Shown here: one piece after another, positions 1 through 11,557 of the stretch | Numbering within the stretch: position 1 is the stretch's first letter | Layout of the letters: each line of letters opens with the position of its first letter | From: Macrostomum lignano | Taxonomy: Eukaryota | Assembly (NCBI GenBank): GCA_002269645.1 | Contig: NIVC01001607.1 | Location: 62,001 to 126,000 of the forward strand | Direction of reading: 5' to 3' | DNA: 64,000 nt | Program-made: the position numbers and the translations under genes | Notes under the pieces: model-generated | Seen by the model: the letters and a program-made list of their open reading frames with translations, nothing else | Databases searched by the model: none | Told to the model about the DNA's origin: nothing

Positions 1-1688
1 CCACTGAAGCTACGAAGACAGACACGGACGTCACTCGGAGCATTGAAGCTTCCACTGAAGCTACGAAGACCGACACGGAAGTCACTCGGAGCATTGAAGC
101 TTCCACTGAAGCTACGAAGACAGACACAGACGACGTCACTCGGAGCACTGAAGCTTCCACTGAAGCTACGAAGACAGACACAGACGACGTCATTCGGAGC
201 ACTGAAGCTTCCACTGAAGCTACGAAGACAGACACAGACGACGTCACTCGGAGCACTGAAGCTTCCACTGAAGCTACGAAGACAGACACAGACGACGTCA
301 CTCGGAGCACTGAAGCTTCCACAGCTGACCTGAAGACGGACACGGCGTCGGAGAAGCAAAAAGAGTATTTTACATCCCCAGTCGGAAAAATGGCTGTAGA
401 AGACGATAAAATTGTGCCCACATCGGATGCAATAGTTGACAGGAGCAGAAACACAAGCACTTCTAAAGTGGGCAGAAAAACGAATTCACGAAATTCTCGA
501 TTTTTCGGAGAAGATATTAACCTATGGCTCTCAACAAGCTCTACTAGCACTCCATCGCAGACAAGTTCGACTGTTATTTCAATTCAAACGAGCTCTACAA
601 GAGAGAGTCCGACTCCGATTCAAACTCAGTCAGTCTCGCCCATCTCCACGGCTAAGACAACCTCGACGACTGTCACTCCGTCTCAGACAAACTCAACCAT
701 CACTCCGTCTCAGACAAACTCCACCATCACTCCGTCTCTAACAAACTCAACCATCACTCCACCTCTAACAAACTCAACCATCACTCCGTCTCAGACAAAC
801 TCAACGATCACTCCGCCTCTAACAAACTCAACCATCACTCCGTCTCTAACAAACTCAACCATCACTCCGTCTCAGACAAACTCCACCATCACTCCGTCTC
901 TAACAAACTCAACCATCACTCCACCTCTAACAAACTCAACCATCACTCCGTCTCAGACAAACTCAACCATCACTCCGCCTCTAACAAACTCAACCATCAC
1001 TCCGTCTCAGACAAACTCAACCATCACTCCGTCTCAGACAAACTCAACCATCACTCCGTCTCAGACAAACTCAACCATCACTCCGTCTCAGACAAACTCA
1101 ACCATCACTCCGTCTCAGACAAACTCAACCATCACTCCGTCTCTAAAAAACTCAACTATCACTCCGTCTCTAACAAACTCAACCACCACTCCGTCTCTAA
1201 AAAACTCAACCATCACTCCGTCTCTAAAAAACTCAACCATCACTCCGCTTCAGTCAAACTCAACGATCACTCCGTCTCAGACAAACTTAACCATCACTCC
1301 ACCTCTAACAAACCTAACCATCACTCCACCTCTAACAAACCTAACCATCACTCCGCCTTTAACAAACTCCACCATCACTCCGCCTCTAACAAACTCAACC
1401 ATCACTTCACCTCTAACAAACTCAACCACCACTCCACCTCAGACAAACTCAACCATCACTCCACCTCTAACAAACTCAACCATCACTCCGTCTCTAACAA
1501 ACTCAACCATCACTCCGCCTCAAACAAACTCAACAACTTCACAGCAGAGAAGTTCCACGGTTATCCCCGGTCGGAGAAGCTCAATATTTTCGTCTCAATT
1601 CGAAGGAACCTTCTCCGAGAGGCCAGATCCGAACAACAGCTCAGAGTTTCTTCAAGAGTTCTTGCCAACCACTATAAGGCCTAAATTG
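1..1688 (+). CDS. Mucin-like Thr/Ser/Pro-rich ectodomain exon (5' end outside window) of a predicted type I membrane glycoprotein
   Basis: Frame 3 is open from base 3, reading TEATKTDT(D)DVTRSTEAS repeats in frame with the track ORF at 390. It then reads 32 TNSTITP(S/P)(Q/L) repeats and ends at a GTGAG donor at 1689 (…CCT AAA TTG|gtgagc, phase 0). Confidence 0.75.
3..320 (+). repeat. Coding tandem repeat, 51/54-bp unit (17/18 aa)
   Basis: Unit actgaagctacgaagacagacac(agac)gacgtcactcggagca(c/t)tgaagcttcc; length variation preserves frame. Confidence 0.9.
673..1536 (+). repeat. Coding tandem repeat, 27-bp unit, 32 copies
   Basis: Unit acaaactcaaccatcactccgtctcag and variants, counted from the translation. 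Confidence 0.95.
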
Positions 1689-1773
1689 GTGAGCCCCTTT
1701 TTAATTACGAGTATCTCCGCCATCAATTCCTATTCTGACTGTAGGCTCGTACTTAACACAAAATTTGATTCAG

Positions 1774-2046
1774 AAAGTGACGCTGACCGCTTCACTGGCT
1801 GGCTGGCTGTCGGCCGCAACCGCCATGGTGCTATTAATCGGCTTTGGCATCTGGGCCTGGCACTCCTGGCACTACAGAGCCTACACGTCGCCGCTGCGCC
1901 GGCTGCTCCGCCGGACACCCTTGCACCAGCTGCCGCGCTACTCCAGCTGCAACGTCATCGACAATCCGGTGCGCCTAGACCAGCCCAACAGCCGGCGACC
2001 GAGCGGTCGCAGCTACCAACAGGCGGCTGAAGCTGATGGCGACTAG
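1774..2046 (+). CDS. Terminal exon: transmembrane helix plus short cytoplasmic tail of the mucin-like protein
   Basis: Acceptor tttgattcag|AAA at 1773/1774 joins in phase 0. It reads KVTLTASLAGWLSAATAMVLLIGFGIWAWHSWHYR…, a hydrophobic stretch followed by basic residues, and stops at TAG 2044-2046. The alternative AG at 1744 gives an immediate stop. Confidence 0.7.
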   Translation, partial: KVTLTASLAGWLSAATAMVLLIGFGIWAWHSWHYRAYTSPLRRLLRRTPLHQLPRYSSCNVIDNPVRLDQPNSRRPSGRSYQQAAEADGD

Positions 2047-2812
2047 GCGGTCAACTGACCATTCAGTTGGATGATTCTCGTTGATAAAGCTCTTGTTGAC
2101 CATCGAATTCTCGAGTGAATTTCTCTGTTTGAATTCACTACTCGGTGGTAAACTCTTGAATTGGCCATTTCGTAACCACCAGTCCATGTCAGATTGTAAC
2201 CTGGAATGTCATTTTTTCAGCGTAGTGAACTCGTAGTGTAACAGAATAAGCATGCCAACTCCCGCTTGATTTTGACCAATAACTGCAGCCTTCTCGCTAT
2301 CACGAGCGTATATTATATAACAATATTTCAACACGATAAATTCTACCGTGCCATTTGTATGAAACATTCGCATCCATCCGACTCTAACTCCGTGCTCTGA
2401 GTCTCAGATGAAGCGTCAGAAATGTTTTGTCTGGAATTAACTGCTCTGATTCTTCTCAAAGCTAAAATGAATCACTGTGAACGCATTATCTACTCGTAAT
2501 CTTTTTTCTGAAATAAAACCTGTCAAAATTAGCCGTGCACTTTGCTTGAAAGAGCCGATGAAGACTGGAGAATAACCTGAAAACACAGCCAGGTCTCAAA
2601 GTGCAGAGACTACAAGAGCTTATCTTCATAGCTTCTTATGTGGACTTTGATGTATTGTGATTCAAATTTAAATGCTAAATAAGGCAGGTACTCCAATGAG
2701 TCGGGCAGGTTAAGGTTGAAGGTCACTTGCCAAATTAGGTAATGCATTTTCATTCGGCTGCTTTTTGGCGCTAAAAATAGAGCTCGTCGACATACTGAGA
2801 TTTGGAGTCATA

Positions 2813-3788
2813 CGAGGGTCATCCCAAAAGTTTCAGCAAACGCCTATTAATTTTCAACAAACCAGTGTCAGAACAATGAACATGTCAAAAACCTTCAAAA
2901 TAACTTCCGTTGACTTGAATTGTGCGCTCCCAGCGGCCAGGCAACTTCTGAACGCCGTCAGCAGCGCCGGATTCGCACAGGTCTTTTGCAATGCGGCCGA
3001 CCTCGCTGAACAGGTCATCCAGGCAATGGAAACGACGCCCTCGGAGCTGGTTCTTAAGCTTCGGAAAAAGGTCAAAATCGCAGGGACTGAGGTCTGGGGA
3101 GTAAGGAGGATGAGGCAGCACCTCCCACTGGTAGTCCCGCAGTAGGTCCTGCACAATGCGGGCTGTGTGCGAACTGGCATTGTCGTGCAGAAGGAGTGGA
3201 CCACGTTCCAGGGTCTGTGGCCGCTTTTTGCGCAAGGCAGGCCGAAGATGGTGAATAATGAAGCTCGACGAGGGGATTCCGGACAGCTCAGCCATTTCTT
3301 CGCATGTCCAACGGCGATCGATGTTCAGCAGCCCTTGGATCAACTCGATGTTCAACTCTGTGCGAGCTTCTTTTGGCCTTCCTCGTCCTCGACATCATCC
3401 TCGACATCAGAGCGGCCATTCTTGAATCGACTGTACCAGTCGTACACGGCTCGCTGGCTCATCGCATTTGGCCCATGGGCCTGCAGCAACTGACGGTGAA
3501 TTTGAGCTGCAGGGACACCACGAAGACATTCCGTTTTATCAAGCAGCGCTCATGTATGAGCGCTGCTCCAAGTTCGACGGAAATTCCATTTTATTGTTGT
3601 CGGCCGATGTTTGATTTAGTATCTCACAAAATGTTCTCTAGAAAACAGAATTTTGCAGCTAGAATGCTAAAAACTTACTCAGACACCCAAAATATGCTCA
3701 TCTTTCGTGTGGTATAAGTGCTGTAGTCCTAAAAGTTGTCTATGGCACAAAATCATTCGATTGCTGAAACTTTTGGGATGACCCTCAG
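2813..3788 (-). mobile_element. Mariner (Tc1/mariner superfamily) DNA transposon, internally deleted, 976 bp
   Basis: TIR cgagggtcatcccaaaagtttcagcaa at 2813-2839 matches ttgctgaaacttttgggatgaccctc(a)g at 3761-3788. TA on both sides (2811-12, 3789-90). Confidence 0.92.
2885..3589 (-). pseudogene. Mariner transposase pseudogene
   Basis: N-terminal HTH region (MEFPSNLEQRSY…QIHRQLLQAHG…VYDWYSRFKNGRSDVED) and C-terminal mariner motifs HDNA and PHPPYSPDLSPCDF. Disrupted near 3540-3570, and the segment with the first catalytic Asp is missing. Confidence 0.92.
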
Positions 3789-5115
3789 TATGTAAATCTG
3801 ATGAGACTAGCTAGTTGACTTAAGCAATGGCAAAATTTATATTTAACCGACATTACAACAGTCAGAATCGAAGCGTGAGTGGTCAAACTGTTGCTGCACT
3901 TGTTGCACTACATCTGCGCACATGATTGATAATTTGGAAGCCTCGCAGACCAGACTGTCAGTCGCGTCCTGTGCTCAAGCATGGGCTGAGTATTATACAT
4001 GTAATGTGTTCGATAAAAAGCCCCGCGGACTACTTGAAAGTAAGGTAAGTAAGTTCTGCGGTAAGTAAGGAAAAACTTCGAGCAAGCTGGCTGGGTAAAC
4101 AGCGTCACCCAGTTGGCACGTTTGGCAAACATTGTAGGAATGCGATGCTGTCCCCCAAGCCGTTTCTTCCTGGCAGAGTCAACCGGTGCCCCCCAGTCCG
4201 GCCGAGGTCCTGTTGACTGCATAGCAACCCTCCCCCCCCCCTCCAAAAGTCGGGTGCGCGAGGGCAAACTGGAGAAAACACTCGTCAAGTTGGCATATGA
4301 TTTGTCCCCCCCCATTATTTTTGCAGAGACTGGGACCAGGTGACAGAGAACAGAGGGAATTCCCAGTCACATGCAAGGCGACAACACATCAGATAGAGAA
4401 TGCAAGGCCAGAGGCTGCCAATATTGCTGCATATCGGGCCTGCACGCAAGAAGTACTGCTTATAATGATAATAGAGTGCCAACTACAAAATTTAGAAGAC
4501 AAAATGACGGAGCCAAGGTTACTTGAGTAGTTCTTGGACGGAGCCTCCCTAAGGATGCAAGCAAATGCACGATGGAAATTATTCAAACCGATGTATTCAA
4601 ACAACAACAGAAATTCTTGCCAAATATCAATAGAAGGGTGATTTGAAGGTCTCACAGAATTCTCGTGGTAACAGATGAAGATAAAAACCGAGCACTTTAG
4701 ATATTTTATTGTTCAATCCCGTGTCCCGCCTCCTCCTAAAGTCTCCGCCTCAGCCGGGAGGGCGAGAGTGACGGCATCTCATATCGAAAAATCCAATTAG
4801 CAAGCCAAGGCCTTGGCGAGCGCACGTTGGCTAATTCCGCTTTAGGTTTCCCCTTCTTATTTCTTTCTGTTTCATTCGCCCGCTTGGAATATGAGTTTTC
4901 CAGCTGAATAGCAGACACAGTTTGGCGCGGCCGCGCCCCGAGGGACTTTGAAATTCGTTCCGTCCAGCCGTCGGAATATGTGATTGACTTTTCTTTGTGT
5001 CCGAAAAGCGAACGGAGGGGAATCTGTTTGTCTGCTCCGATGAAGTGGTTCTTCATTATCAATAGTGCATTGGCCGCGCGAACTCTGTGCAATGTGGTAC
5101 GTCGGATCTGCTTAC

Positions 5116-5668
5116 CGTTTACCACGGAGAGTCAGACGCGTTTATCATGGAGAGTCAGACGCGTTTACCACGGAGAGTCAGACGCGTTTACCACGGAGAG
5201 TCGGATGCGTTTACCACGGAGAGTCAGACGCGTATACCACGGAGAGTCAGACGCGTATACCACGGAGAGTCAGATGCGTTTACCACGGAGAGTCAGATGC
5301 GTTTACCACGGAGAGTCGGATTCGTTTACCACGGAGAGTCGGATTCGTTTACCACGGAGAGTCGGATTCGTTTACCACGGAGAGTCGGATTCGTTTACCA
5401 CGGAGAGTCGGATTCGTTTACCACGGAGAGTCAGATGCGTTTACCACGGAGAGTCGGATTCGTTTACCACGGAGAGTCGGATTCGTTTACCACGGAGAGT
5501 CGGATGCGTTTACCACGGAGAGTCGGATTCGTTTACCACGGGGAGTCAGATGCGTTTACTAAGGGGAGTCAGACGCGTTTACCACGGAGAGTCAGACGCA
5601 TATACCACGGAGAGTCAGACGCGTTTACCACGGAGAGTCAGATGCGTTTACCACGGAGAGTCAGACGC
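5116..5668. repeat. Minisatellite, 23-bp unit, ~24 copies
   Basis: Unit cgtttaccacggagagtcagacg with cag/cgg and acg/atg/att variants. Confidence 0.95.
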
Positions 5669-6477
5669 TCTGACCCCGATGCTTAGCAGCCATGTAATTA
5701 AATATTTTGGTTGGAAACTTGGTAATTCTAGATGAGTTACGTATTGCTTTTCGATATAAATTGCCTCTGATGCGCCAATTCCTGGTACCGGTAGCTACGC
5801 TCGTGCCAGTAAGATGACTCCACACAACTCCGCATATACTGACGAAGCCATCTTGATCTAGAAAGCCAAAATCAACATTGTTTTTATCTATCACCGAGCA
5901 GGAAGTGAGTGAAACAAGGACTAACACACCCAGTTGGCTTACCATGACTTGGGAATACATGTAGAAGTGCAACTTCCAAGATCTGCTCCCGAGCAGCCGC
6001 AAAGATGTCTGCCAAATTGCAATCGAAATATTTATACTTGCCCAGTAATCAATATGCAGATGGATACGTGCGAGGGCAGTAGCTAAGTAAACAGTTTTTT
6101 AGATACTATCCGCTCTCTAATCCTATGGGGAATCCCGCGGTCGTCGCAATGTGACTCACTTCCCCCATCGCCGTCACCAGATGACAGTAATTATTTTCCT
6201 CGCCTTTCGTATTTTCAGAAATGTTTTTTTTTCTATTGGAATTGCCTGTAGCCGCGAATACAGTTTTTCTCGCGCGGTTTATTCAGATTATCACGCGGTC
6301 AATAAGGGATGTTTACATTTATGCTATATTTAAGGCAAAACAGTACTCTGAGTGCAAAAAGCCATAGTCATTATTCTACAATTGAACATGGGCTTCTCCT
6401 ACTTGACTCTGAGGTCTTGATCCCTACGTATATTGGCCTTCCCAACTGTCTCTGGACTCCAAAAACAGTAATTGATC

Positions 6478-7079
6478 CTAATCTTCCGGCTTTACCCTAA
6501 TCTTCCGGCTTTACCCTAATCTTCTGCCTTGACCCTAATTTTCCGGCTTTACCTTAATCTTCCCGCTTTACCCTAATCTTCCGTCTTGACCCTAATCTTC
6601 CGGCTTGACCCTAATCTTCCGGCTTTACTCTATTCTTCCAGCTTTACCCTAATCTTCCAGCTTTACCCTAATCTTCCGTCTTGACCCTAATCTTCCGGCT
6701 TGACCCTAATCTTCCGGCTTTACTCTATTCTTCCAGCTTTACCCTAATCTTCGGCTTTACCCTAATCTTCGGCTTTACCCTAATCTTCGGCTTTACCCTA
6801 ATCTTCCGGCTTTACCATAATCTTCGGGCTTGGCCCTAATATTCCGACTTGACCCTAATCTTCCGACTTGACCCTAATCTTCCGACTTGACCCTAATCTT
6901 CCGGCTTTACCGTAATCTTCCGTCTTTACTCTAATCTTCCAGCTTTACCCTAATCTTCGGCTTTACCCTAATCTTCGGGCTTGGCCCTAATATTCCGACT
7001 TGACCCTAATCTTCCGGCTTTACCGTAATCTTCCGGCTTTACTCTAATCTTCCGATTTGACACTAACCTTCCGGCTTGA
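6478..7079. repeat. Minisatellite, 18/19-bp unit, ~31 copies
   Basis: Unit taatcttccggctttaccc. Confidence 0.95.
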
Positions 7080-9204
7080 GATGATTTTTCATTTACCCCA
7101 AGACAGTTCTTTATAAGAATTTTATAGCGCTCCAATATGCTCAGTATTATTATATGCTATTTGTTCTAGATTTGTGACAAAAGATGAAGTACAGTTCTCG
7201 GTTCTGGGTACTTTTGCACTTTTTCTCTCTGTCTCTCGTTCTCAACGTACCGCAGTTTCCCGGGTCAAGATGACCGAGTGAGGGCAGCAGCCAGGAGGGG
7301 GGGTTGGTGATTCAGGCCACTCTAAGTTATAAGAACGAATTGCCGGGCTTGGTCTTGGGGATTAGGTCGTCAAATAATTCAGCTAGCAAGTTTGAGTAAA
7401 ACTGTGCGGAAATATTCAGTAAACTGCTGAGAGAGGAAGAATGGAATATCGAATGTTTGGTTGAAGTACATTGATTTCATGGAAATGTTTTCGAGGTCAA
7501 CCCTCCCTTCTGTCGGTGTACATAAACAACAGAAATTTCCTTTGTAGCATTTGTCAAACAGAGCTTGATAAACTTGTAAATCAATCAATCTTTAGCCATT
7601 AAAACTGCACCCAAACCTCGTGTGACACCCACTTGACATTGTCAGAGCTCAGCTAAATCAAATGATGAAAGCAGTTGGCTCTTGAGTACAATTTTACCAA
7701 CTCAAATAAATTACATTTTTTGTCAACTGTATTTCTACGCAAATCGGAGTTGGTTTATAATTAATTGCACTTTTGTCCCAAATTTAACGGCATTCAACAT
7801 TGGAACTCCCGGGGGTGAGTTTTAAATTTTCCATAAATAAATATAATTATGCGAATTTTTATCAACCTCCTAGCCTCCTAGTCTTCCCTGGATAGTTCAG
7901 CGACTTTTGTTCTTTTTAGGCAATTGCTCGGTCCGCGCAGGATTTGGCCGGCTCAATTTCCTGAACGGCTGCTGGTTAATCCCTCCGGAAGACAAGTGGA
8001 TTAAAAGATCAGGCGCCCGATACAATTTCCGAATTTTTTCTCTGCTCTACCAAAAGAGAAAATAGGCTTGGTTAAGTGAACCAGTGTCAGGTCGGAGATG
8101 CATTGCTCAGGCAATTAGTTCCACAGATTTTTATCTGGCCGAAGCTGAAGACCAACGAATTCGGCTTAGCTCATCTGCCGTGACGTCAAACGCAGGAACA
8201 GGCGATTTTTTTAGCATAAATCCCGCAAATTCGAGCAAATTCAACGAATGCCTGGACTGGCTGACCAGCTTAGCTGGGGCCTATTTTCTCATATTTTAGA
8301 ATCATCTTAGTCTGGTATTTTGGTCAACTGCTCTTTGCAACCGTCTCATCAGGAGACTACGGTAAGTAGTAGGGCGGTAACGTCCCCAACTCTGCGAACG
8401 ATTGCAAGTTGACCTCACGCACAATGAGGGTCAGCCTCAAAGCTACAGAATGTGTAATTGTGGGGAGATGAGAGAGTCACCCTGTTTTACCTGTTGCTCT
8501 TCGTCAGCGCACGATGTCAACCTCAATCCAAGCATTTGAGGCTCAAAATAATACTGTTTGAACTATATATTAGGATCATTATGCTGCGGTGAAAGTCCAA
8601 AGTTTTTAGGATTATTATAACAGGAGAGCCTGCATATCGTCACAGGCCTCATAGTGATATCATCGCGCACTGCAATTAAGGTCTGACTTTATTTCAACTT
8701 ACAGATCCCCGACTGCTGATCGTCCTTTTTAGGCTGTCTGTCTGCCCCCTCATTCACTCAAAACTTGTCCTTCCTCAATTAAAAAATCCTTTTGAGCAAA
8801 TCATTCCTTCGTCTGGGCGACAGCACCGCTGCCCTGCAGTGCGTGCCTGAATTTTTCTCAACAGCAGCCCAAGTCTGCTGTTCAGCTCCAGACTAACAGT
8901 GCTCACTTTCTTGGCTTGGTACGGAAACTAACTTCTCTTCTTTGAGCAGCAAATTACTTTTTTTACGTTCGCTGATTGGCATGCGTAGTAATAAATCATT
9001 CCCCAATTGTCGGACGCTGAGCTGAGCTGAGCAAATGTGAGAGTGCTGTCAGCTGTCACAAAGCATTGGTGACAGCTGTACTTGGTTGGTATTGACTGGC
9101 GTGTGAGAGGGACAATATTAATCGATTCTTAGTAACCATCAACTGCAGTCAAGCAAACAGAATGCCTGGGAAACAAGGTAGAAGTACAATTACTAATGAT
9201 GCTA

Positions 9205-10524
9205 CCGTGGCGCACAATGAATTAAGACCACCAAGTAAAATTATTTTATTTTTGCCATACTGCTATTTAAACTAAATTTAAATACCCCACGAGTCCTCAA
9301 TGATACGGTACAGCTGATCAAGGGAAACTGGCTGCTGCCTCTGGATGTCTCACTCGACCCAGTTCCACAGATTCTCAATCGGATTGAGGTGTGGTGACTG
9401 CGCTGGCCAGTTCATGGTGAGCATGTTGTTCTCAGCAAACCATGCCTTCACAACCTTGGAGATGTGCTTCGGGATCGTTGTCCTGCTGAAACTGGCAGCT
9501 GGCAGCGCATCTGCTGCCTCTGGTAGGTTGCTGCTGAGGATGTCACAGTACTTCTGACTGTCCATGATACCCTCAACGCGAGTTATTGGCCCAGGTCCAG
9601 CTCTGGAAAATGCAGCCCACACCATGACATTGCCACCTCCATGCTTCATGGTACCAACGGTGCACCTGGGATCGAGTTCCTCACCAGCTCGGCGGCGCAC
9701 ATACTGGCGGCCATCAGAACCAGTGCGGGAAAATTTTCTCTCGTCACTCAAGATGGTCTCGGCCCAGTCCTGGGGTGTCCAGCTTGCATGCTGCTTCGCC
9801 CATTTCAAGCGCCGCTTCCGGTTCTTGTCGGAGATAAACGGCTTCTTCCTAGCAATGCGGCCATGCAGTCCAGCAGCTACCAGACGGCGGCGGACAGTCA
9901 TGGGGTGCAGCTGGACACCTCTGGACACCAGAAGTCACGGCTGATGTCCACAGCGGTGAGCCGACGGTTGGACTCGGGACATTCGCAAAATTTGTCGATC
10001 CAGTCGGAGGTCAGTTTTCAGTGCCCTGCCAGGTCTTGGGGCACAGCCTGTGCTGCCAGTGCTGCTGAGGCGCCTGAGGGCTTGCTGGACGCACGTTTTC
10101 GACTTTCCCAGCTGGGTGGCTATGGCACGCTGGGAAACTCCTTGTTCGAACAGGGCCCTGATTTTCCTACACGACTCAGGCGATAGAGTTCTGCCTTTCC
10201 CCAGTCTAGGAGAGTTCGAGATCATTTTGGCTTGCAGTAGTATTGAATTAGATGTTTTGGACTTGCAGAATCAGCGGGGCCACTTTTAAGGCACCTTTTA
10301 GCCCAATTATTTCAAAAGTGTGACTTATCAAATTCAAAAGTGAGACAAAGGACTATAATTGAACACTCAATTGCGAGTAATTGCCCAACGCATCACTCAT
10401 TTGATTAATTGATACCAGGGTTATCTATAAATGATTAGATTAAAATGCTCCCGCAATCTGTGTAGGTTATGAAGTTAAAAGTTCGAATTTATGTTAGGTG
10501 GTCTTAATTCATTGTGCGCCACTG
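9205..10524 (-). mobile_element. Tc1-like DNA transposon, 1320 bp, defective
   Basis: 28-bp TIRs: ccgtggcgcacaatgaattaagaccacc at 9205 and ggtggtcttaattcattgtgcgccactg ending at 10524, one mismatch. TA on both sides (9203-04, 10525-26). Confidence 0.93.
9350..10225 (-). pseudogene. Tc1 (DD34E-type) transposase pseudogene
   Basis: HTH piece at 9935-10225 (…QRAIATQLGKSKTCVQQALRR…RPGR). Second piece at 9350-9928 has RKKP, ILSDE, KHGGGNVMVWAAFS and WPAQSPHLNPIENLW. Frameshifts near 9930-9965 and near the second Asp, and a premature stop at 9350. Confidence 0.92.
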
Positions 10525-11062
10525 TACATAGAAGCTCTCAAATCTGTTTTTTACAGGTATAGGAAATAAACAAACTCACAGCGCATTTTGTAACACCGGA
10601 AACCAAATAGCTGGACCATTACAAGCGCAGTGATTCTTGAAGCAGAGACTTGGGGTGTCGGCACCGACACCGGCTCTGGCCGGTTCACATGGTATCATCT
10701 GTACACGGATTTGCACTTAAGCTGCCGCACTATGGTACTGTACATGTATACACTGAGTAAATTAAATTAATATTGAGTGACGGACAAGGGACAGACAAGT
10801 AACGCAGCGTGCAAATATTTTCATCAGAACAGTGCAAATAAGAATCAGAATCAAATCAGAATCGACAGCAAATCCAAAAATACAAGTATGACAGAAAATT
10901 GGTAAAAGTTTACACAATACAAATAGTTCAATATTCGATCAGTTTACCAAGTGATGATGCTTAGTTTGTTAATTTGCGCTCACGATAAGAGACTCGGTTG
11001 AGGCACTGGAACTCGAATAAAAATGGTACGAATAAAACGAGAAAACGGAGTTTAAATATCGG

Positions 11063-11557
11063 TTACACTGCGGTGCTGTCCTGGTAGTCCCTGTCAATTG
11101 TTGGAATGTCATCATTAGCGACTGTGAGCGGGCCTCTGTCGCAGCCGTTATTCGTTGGCTCGACTGGCAACAATTGTTGCTGCTGTTGCCGCTGCAGCCT
11201 CCGCTCCCGTCGCTTTTGCTTCATCTCCTCCCGAGTCTGGGCCAGGAATCTGGGCACGAAGATTTGCACAAACACATCGCGAAACTGAGAGCTCATGCCG
11301 TAGAGCCAGAAGAAGTTTGTCGCCGAGTTGAGAATCACCAGGATGTCCATCACGTTGCCGACTTGCCTGTAGATGGTGTTGAACACGCAGTCGTCAACAG
11401 CGGCAGCCAGGTTGAGGCAGCCCTGTGGGAACTCAGTGACGGTGAAGCTTGTCACCACAGCAACCAGGAGCACGGTGGTGCGGGTGTTCTCGCGAAGGCT
11501 GCGTGCCTCCCGCGCGCGTACTTGCTCGGACTTTAGACGCTTTCGACGCTTGCGCAC
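11063..11557 (-). CDS. Peptide GPCR (Srw/dmsr, myosuppressin/FMRFamide-receptor-like), exon 2: ICL3, TM6, TM7, C-tail
   Basis: Acceptor aatccgcag|GTG at 11558/11557, phase 0. Reads VRKRRKRL…ENTRTTVLLVAVVTSFTVTEFPQGCL…DILVILNSATNFFWLYGMSSQFRDVF, typical TM6/TM7 motifs of this family. Confidence 0.88.
   Translation of the reverse strand: MRKRRKRLKSEQVRAREARSLRENTRTTVLLVAVVTSFTVTEFPQGCLNLAAAVDDCVFNTIYRQVGNVMDILVILNSATNFFWLYGMSSQFRDVFVQIFVPRFLAQTREEMKQKRRERRLQRQQQQQLLPVEPTNNGCDRGPLTVANDDIPTIDRDYQDSTAV

Noticed and set aside
1689-2030. C-terminal ~113 aa of the track ORF 390-2030
   Set aside because: Better explained as intron read-through plus the wrong frame of the TM exon.
4389-4655. Possible degraded transposase fragment on the minus strand
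   Set aside because: No catalytic motif or terminal repeat could be pinned down by eye.
10654-10671. Perfect hairpin GGTGTCGG-CA-CCGACACC downstream of the GPCR
   Set aside because: A single 8-bp stem is expected by chance in 64 kb, and there is no second copy or supporting context.
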